From Myxococcota bacterium (lineage in GTDB: Bacteria; Myxococcota_A; UBA9160; PR03): DNA of 64,000 bases. Under the pieces are notes generated by a model that was not told where the DNA came from, searched no databases, and saw only the letters and a program-made list of their open reading frames with translations. Shown one piece after another: positions 59,456 through 64,000 of this stretch (position 1 is the stretch's first letter; each line of letters starts with the position of its first letter). The position numbers and the translations under genes were made by a program. Where the stretch lies: assembly GCA_041611735.1 (NCBI GenBank), contig JBFIML010000020.1, forward strand, positions 1 to 64,000, given 5' to 3'.

Positions 59456-59872
59456 GGCTCGCCACCTCGTGCGCAGGACCACCCCGCGTCGTGGACCCGC
59501 TCCGCATCCGGCTCGCCGGGCGGCCCCCCGCCCAACCGGTGCCGCTTGCGGGGCGGCGGCCCCCCTGCCCCCCCGCCGGCAAGCGCTTCCGGCGGGGGTT
59601 GGGGCCCTGCCCCCTCACAGCTCTCCGGGCCGGCGGGACGGGGGCATCTTACGCCCCCTTCGCCTTTCGGCCCGCCGCGGGCCCGGGCTGAGCCGTGGCG
59701 CTCTGGATGGGGCGCCTGCCGCCAGGCTTCGGAGCTCCGTCGCACCACGCCCCCGAAAAGACTGGCGATTTTCCATAGCCGTTTCCCCGGCCGTGTTGTA
59801 TCCTTAGGACTCGTAAGAAATCCCTTTAATTTACAGATACTTATAGGATCTTTGGCGAGCAGAAGGGATCCG

Positions 59873-60091
59873 ATGGACGTCAGAATCAAGGCCAGCGTCG
59901 AGTTCACCGTCTCGGGCGCCGCCCTGGAGGACGCCTTGGCGGAGTTCGATGAGCTCTCGCTGGAAGGGCTGCTCCGGGAGGTGATCGACAAGGCGGTTGC
60001 CTGCGACGAGATCCGCGTGAAGGTCCTCGAGGGTCCCAACACCCTCGAGGAGTACGATCAGCAGCAGGAGCGCGCCAGCTCCCAGTCCTGA
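59873..60091 (+). CDS. Small acidic hypothetical protein (72 aa)
   Basis: AAGGGA SD, ATG, strong GC3 codon bias, followed by a hairpin. Confidence 0.75.
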   Translation: MDVRIKASVEFTVSGAALEDALAEFDELSLEGLLREVIDKAVACDEIRVKVLEGPNTLEEYDQQQERASSQS

Positions 60092-60092
60092 A

Positions 60093-60110
60093 CCCCGGGA
60101 CGCCCGGGGG
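60093..60110. terminator. Hairpin between convergent genes
   Basis: ccccggg acg cccgggg. Confidence 0.5.
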
Positions 60111-60113
60111 CGC

Positions 60114-60524
60114 TCAACCAAACAGACGCAGCTGGAGCGGACCGGTAGCCCGCTGGGGAAGCGCCGGCGGCGCCGCGGTCGCCCCACGACTCGGGACCCG
60201 AGGCCGGTAGATTCCCTCGGCGCGGGCGTGGTCGAGGAGCCGCAAGTAGAAGGCCCGGAAACGCGGCCCGTGGTTGAAGTGCCGCAGGTGTGCCAGCTCG
60301 TGGCAGAGCGTCGACACGAGGCTCGAGTAGCGCAGCGGGCGCCCGGTCACTGCGTGGAACAGGCGGATCCGGATGCTTCCGTCCGCAAAGCAGATGCCGT
60401 AGCGACGTTTCACGTTGCGACGCTCGGCTTGCAGCGATCGGAAGCGCAGCCCGAAGCTTGCCGCGAGCCGCTCCGCATCCCGGTTGAGACGTGCCACCAG
60501 CTCCTGGGCCGTGCGCCGGTCCAT
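60114..60524 (-). CDS. WLM/Wss1- or YgjP-like zinc metalloprotease with C-terminal QLRLF motif
   Basis: TLCHELAHLRHFNHGPRF (HExxH-x5-H). Confidence 0.8.
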   Translation of the reverse strand: MDRRTAQELVARLNRDAERLAASFGLRFRSLQAERRNVKRRYGICFADGSIRIRLFHAVTGRPLRYSSLVSTLCHELAHLRHFNHGPRFRAFYLRLLDHARAEGIYRPRVPSRGATAAPPALPQRATGPLQLRLFG

Positions 60525-60595
60525 CGGTGGGGACGGAGTGTCTCGATCCACCCCGCGGACGTCAAGCCACGCCCCGCACTTGTTATCCTCGAAGC

Positions 60596-61273
60596 GTGTC
60601 CGAACAAGGCCGCATCCAGAGCCTGGCACTCTTCCCGCTGGCGAGCGTGGTGCTCTTCCCGGGTGGACGCGTGCCCCTGCACATCTTCGAGCCGCGCTAC
60701 CGTCAAATGACCCGCGACGTGCTGGCGGGCGACCGGCGCATCGGCATGGTGGCCATTCCTCCGGAGCACTTGACGGAGGCGGCCGGGGATCCCCCGCTCT
60801 ATTCCGTGGGGTGCGCCGGCAGTGTCGAGCAGGTGCGGAGGCGGAGCGACGGACGCTACGACCTCGTGCTGATCGGCACGCATCGCTTCCGCATCCTCGA
60901 CGAGCCGGCGCGCCCCACCGACCGCAAGTATCGCATCGCCAGCGTGGAGACCCTGGAGGAGGCCGTGGACCCGCTTGAGATCCCCCGCCTGCATGCGTTG
61001 CGCATGAAGGCGATCGAGCTGCTGGCGCGGCTGGTTCGTCACCTGACCAGCGACGCGGCCGTCCCCCTGCGGGCGGAGCGGTTCGCCGGCATCGAGGACG
61101 CCACCTTCGTGAACGTCCTCTGCCAGCTTCTCGATCTCCCGACGCCCGAGAAGCAGGGTCTCCTGGAGGCCGAGGGGCTGGCGCACCGCTGCGAGCGGCT
61201 CGTCACGGTGCTTCGCTTCCGGCTGGCGGAGCTCGAAGGCGGCCTTCCGGAGCCGCCCCGGACGCTCCACTAG
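60596..61273 (+). CDS. Standalone LON peptidase substrate-binding domain protein
   Basis: LFPL..VLFPG..PLHIFEPRYRQM, DGRY, G.HRFRI, KQGLLE. Confidence 0.9.
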   Translation: MSEQGRIQSLALFPLASVVLFPGGRVPLHIFEPRYRQMTRDVLAGDRRIGMVAIPPEHLTEAAGDPPLYSVGCAGSVEQVRRRSDGRYDLVLIGTHRFRILDEPARPTDRKYRIASVETLEEAVDPLEIPRLHALRMKAIELLARLVRHLTSDAAVPLRAERFAGIEDATFVNVLCQLLDLPTPEKQGLLEAEGLAHRCERLVTVLRFRLAELEGGLPEPPRTLH

Positions 61274-61625
61274 AGAGCGCGAAAAAACCCGATAAAGTCA
61301 GAGAAACGGCGTCCGGTCGAGGTCGAGCGCCACCCTCCGAGATGCGGATTCCCGACCGCGACACCGTCGCGCAGCGACCCAGGGGGCCTCAACGAAGAAC
61401 CCGGACCCGCTGGTTTCGTGACCGGTTTCCGCGCGCCAAAACGTTGGTTCTCGTCGGAAAGAAACCCCGTCTCGCGGGTTGCTTGCGCGTGTAGGGGGCG
61501 CCCCGGGACCGGCCTCTTTCGGCCCTTGCGGGCGCGCCGGGCGGTGTGCTCTACTGCGCCCGCTTGTGGGGATGCTCCAGCCGGGAAGTCGCCCGGAGAC
61601 CGCGAAAATCTCCGAGAATCAATAG

Positions 61626-63128
61626 ATGGATCCCTGCCCCTCCCTGTGGAAAGGAGTGCTCCGCCGCTTGGCGTCGGAGCTGCCGCCGATCGCCTTCGAG
61701 GCGTGGCTGCGGCCCCTGGCCGCCGAGCCGGATGGGGACGGCCTGCGCCTGCTGTGCCCTTCGCCGTTCCACCGCGACCGGGTGCGCGAGCGCTACCTGG
61801 CGAAGATCGTCGAATGCGCCGCCCGGGAGGGAGGGCGCCGGGTCCCGGTGAGCCTCGACGTGCAGGCGTCGGACCGGGAGGCGGCGCCCGCCGGAAACGC
61901 CTCCCCCGGGGCTCCGACACGGAGCGTCTCGGGCCGCGACGGGCGCAGCCCCGAAGCCGCGGCGGGTGCGACGCGGGTCGCCCCTCGTGGTCCGGGGCGG
62001 GACGCCGCCGGCTGCACGCCCCAGCGGACCCTGCCCTACACCTTCGAGACCTTCGTGGTCGGGCGCTGCAACGCCCTGGCCCGGGAAGCCGCCCTGGCCC
62101 TGGCCCGGGGCGGACAGCTGGCGCTGAGCCCCCTCTACCTGCTCTCGGCACCGGGGCTCGGCAAGACTCACCTGGCCCGCGCCGTGGCCGCCGAGGCCGC
62201 CGCCGGACGGGCCGTGAGGACCCTGTACGCCTCCGCGGAGCACTTCACCAGCGAGTTCATGGCCTCGATCCGCTCGCGGCGCACCGCCGAGTTCAAGCGG
62301 CGCTTCCGCGAGCAGTGCGACCTGCTGGTGGTCGACGACGTGCATTTCCTGGCCAACAAGGTGTCCACGCAGCTCGAGTTCTTCCACACCCTGGAGCACC
62401 TGCGCAGCGTCGGGGCGCATGTCGTGCTGACGGGCGATCGGCTGCCGAAGCAGATCTCGGGCCTCGACCCGTGTCTCGAGTCCCGTCTCGCCAGCGGCCT
62501 CGTGGCCGAGATCGAGCCCCCGGACGCCACCGTGCGCCGACGGATCCTGCGCACCAAGGCGGCTGCCGGCGGCGTGCGGCTGCCCGACGACTGCCTGGAC
62601 CGGCTCGTGGAGGCGGTACGCGGCAGCGTGCGCGACCTCGAGAGCGTCCTGATCCAACTGGTGGCCAGCGCGTCGCTGCTCAAGCGATCCATCGACCTCG
62701 AGCTGACGGAGGCGGCGCTGCGCAAGCTCTTCCCGGCCCCGACGCGCTGCGGCCAGCTCGAGCCCGCCGAGGTGATCGAGGTGGTGTGCGCGTTCTTCGG
62801 CTTTCCCTCCCAGGCGCTGGCCTCCCGCTCACGGCGGCGCGACGTGCTGATCCCGCGGCAGATCGCCATGTACCTGTGCCGCCGCTACACCGGCGCCTCC
62901 CTGAAGGCCATCGGCCGCGCCCTGGGGCGAGACCACCCCTCGGTGACGAACGCCGTCGCCGCCATCGAGCGCCTGATGCTGGAACGCGTGCCCCTGCGCT
63001 ATCAGGTGGAGGCGCTATCGGACCGCCTCGACGGTCGCAGCGGGAGCGGTGCCGGAGCAACGGGTACGGGCCACCTCGGGTCCCCGCGCCCAGGAGTACA
63101 GCCCCCGCAGGCCCCGACCCCGGCCTGA
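61626..63128 (+). CDS. dnaA: DnaA-family replication initiator paralogue (domains I-IV)
   Basis: YTFETFVVG, GLGKTHL, DLLVVDD, EFFHT, PRQIAMYL, RDHPSV; no dnaN downstream. Confidence 0.85.
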   Translation: MDPCPSLWKGVLRRLASELPPIAFEAWLRPLAAEPDGDGLRLLCPSPFHRDRVRERYLAKIVECAAREGGRRVPVSLDVQASDREAAPAGNASPGAPTRSVSGRDGRSPEAAAGATRVAPRGPGRDAAGCTPQRTLPYTFETFVVGRCNALAREAALALARGGQLALSPLYLLSAPGLGKTHLARAVAAEAAAGRAVRTLYASAEHFTSEFMASIRSRRTAEFKRRFREQCDLLVVDDVHFLANKVSTQLEFFHTLEHLRSVGAHVVLTGDRLPKQISGLDPCLESRLASGLVAEIEPPDATVRRRILRTKAAAGGVRLPDDCLDRLVEAVRGSVRDLESVLIQLVASASLLKRSIDLELTEAALRKLFPAPTRCGQLEPAEVIEVVCAFFGFPSQALASRSRRRDVLIPRQIAMYLCRRYTGASLKAIGRALGRDHPSVTNAVAAIERLMLERVPLRYQVEALSDRLDGRSGSGAGATGTGHLGSPRPGVQPPQAPTPA

Positions 63129-63193
63129 AGCCAGGAGTCCTCCCGCGGCGTGTCTCGACTCCGATACGGGCACCGAATTCCTGGGACAGGACC

Positions 63194-64000
63194 CTAGCCG
63201 GCCGCAGCCGCCGGCTCGCGCCGCCAGCGCCGCGGGCCACTCTCCGGTGCGCGGCGGTCCGGCTCGAGGGAGGCGGGATCCCGGGCCGGATCCTCGAAGC
63301 GGCGAAGGATCTCGTACCGGGTGCTGCGCTCGGCTGGTACGCGCCCCATCTCCCGGATGAGCCGGCGGATGTCTTCGGCCGGAAGGTTCTCGCCGAAGTC
63401 GGCCCCCGACTCGCGGCTGATGGACTCCTCCATCAGGGTGCCCCCGAAGTCGTTGGCGCCGGCCAGCAGGCCGAGCTGGGCCAGCTTAGGACCCATCTTC
63501 ACCCAGGAGACCTGGATGTTGGGGATCCAGGGTCGCAGGAACAGACGTGCCACGGCCAGGAGGCGCACGTCCTCCGGCGCGGAGGAGCCGGGCCGGGCCC
63601 CCAACTCCTGGAACAGCCGGTTCAGCGAGTGGATGAAGCCGAGGGGCACGAACTCCGTGAAGCCGCCGGTCTCCTTCTGGAGCTCCCGGAGGAGCGCCAG
63701 ATGGTTCGCCACGTGCTCGACCTCCTCGATGTGCCCGTACATGAGCGTCGCCGTGGAACGCAGACCGACGCCGTGCGCCGCCTTGACGATCTCCACCCAG
63801 CGATCGCGCATCAGCTTGCGAGGGGCGATGATCCGGCGGATCCGGTCGTCCAGGATCTCGGCCGCGGTGCCGGGAATCGTGCCGAGCCCTGCTTCCTGGA
63901 GCCATCGCAGGTAGTCGGCCAGCGGCATGCCGCTCTTCTGGTGGCCCCAGTCGATCTCCTCGGGCGAGAAGGCGTGGATGTGCAGGTCCGGGAAGGCGCG
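63194..64000 (-). CDS. cofH: CofH-like radical SAM protein (FO synthase subunit 2 / MqnC-E family), 5'-partial
   Basis: HIHAFSPEE, PGTAAEILDD, TLMYGHIE, FTEFVPLGF, NIQVSWVK, NDFGGTLMEESISR. Confidence 0.8.
   Translation of the reverse strand, partial: RAFPDLHIHAFSPEEIDWGHQKSGMPLADYLRWLQEAGLGTIPGTAAEILDDRIRRIIAPRKLMRDRWVEIVKAAHGVGLRSTATLMYGHIEEVEHVANHLALLRELQKETGGFTEFVPLGFIHSLNRLFQELGARPGSSAPEDVRLLAVARLFLRPWIPNIQVSWVKMGPKLAQLGLLAGANDFGGTLMEESISRESGADFGENLPAEDIRRLIREMGRVPAERSTRYEILRRFEDPARDPASLEPDRRAPESGPRRWRREPAAAAG

Noticed and set aside
57713-60091. 792-aa plus-strand ORF
   Set aside because: Off-frame/antisense shadow; only the last 72 codons (from 59873) look coding.
61274-61625. oriC upstream of the dnaA-like gene
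   Set aside because: No consensus DnaA boxes, no clear AT-rich unwinding element or DnaA-trio run, and no origin-linked genes.

Overview
Very GC-rich bacterial DNA, densely coding. Gene content and motif style suggest a Myxococcota/deltaproteobacteria-like organism (inference only). From left to right it carries: the 3' part of a Tad/Flp pilus operon ending in a vWA gene; a complete Rrf2-sufBCDSUT Fe-S operon; a polyphosphate/phosphate locus (CHAD, histidine phosphatase-Ppx fusion, PPK2, Na/Pi symporter, macrodomain); lipid/membrane genes; proS, rnd, pepP and acs; an M23-sfsA-mutY-smr-aroC run; a large modular surface protein; assorted metabolic genes; and a WLM-like protease / LON-N / orphan DnaA paralogue cluster, followed by a partial cofH-like gene. 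I saw no rRNA, tRNA, CRISPR array or transposase. The strongest candidates for new biology are: (1) a minus-strand sigma54-promoted ~190-nt structured non-coding RNA between rnd and a lipoprotein gene; (2) a Wss1/WLM-like metalloprotease ending in a beta-clamp-type motif (QLRLF), next to a DnaA paralogue with an altered DNA-recognition helix; (3) a Cys-containing C-terminal sorting-like signal (CGIGFEL-TM-RRRR); (4) a histidine phosphatase-Ppx fusion. All calls come from reading motifs by eye; no database searches were run, and many start codons were re-picked by hand.
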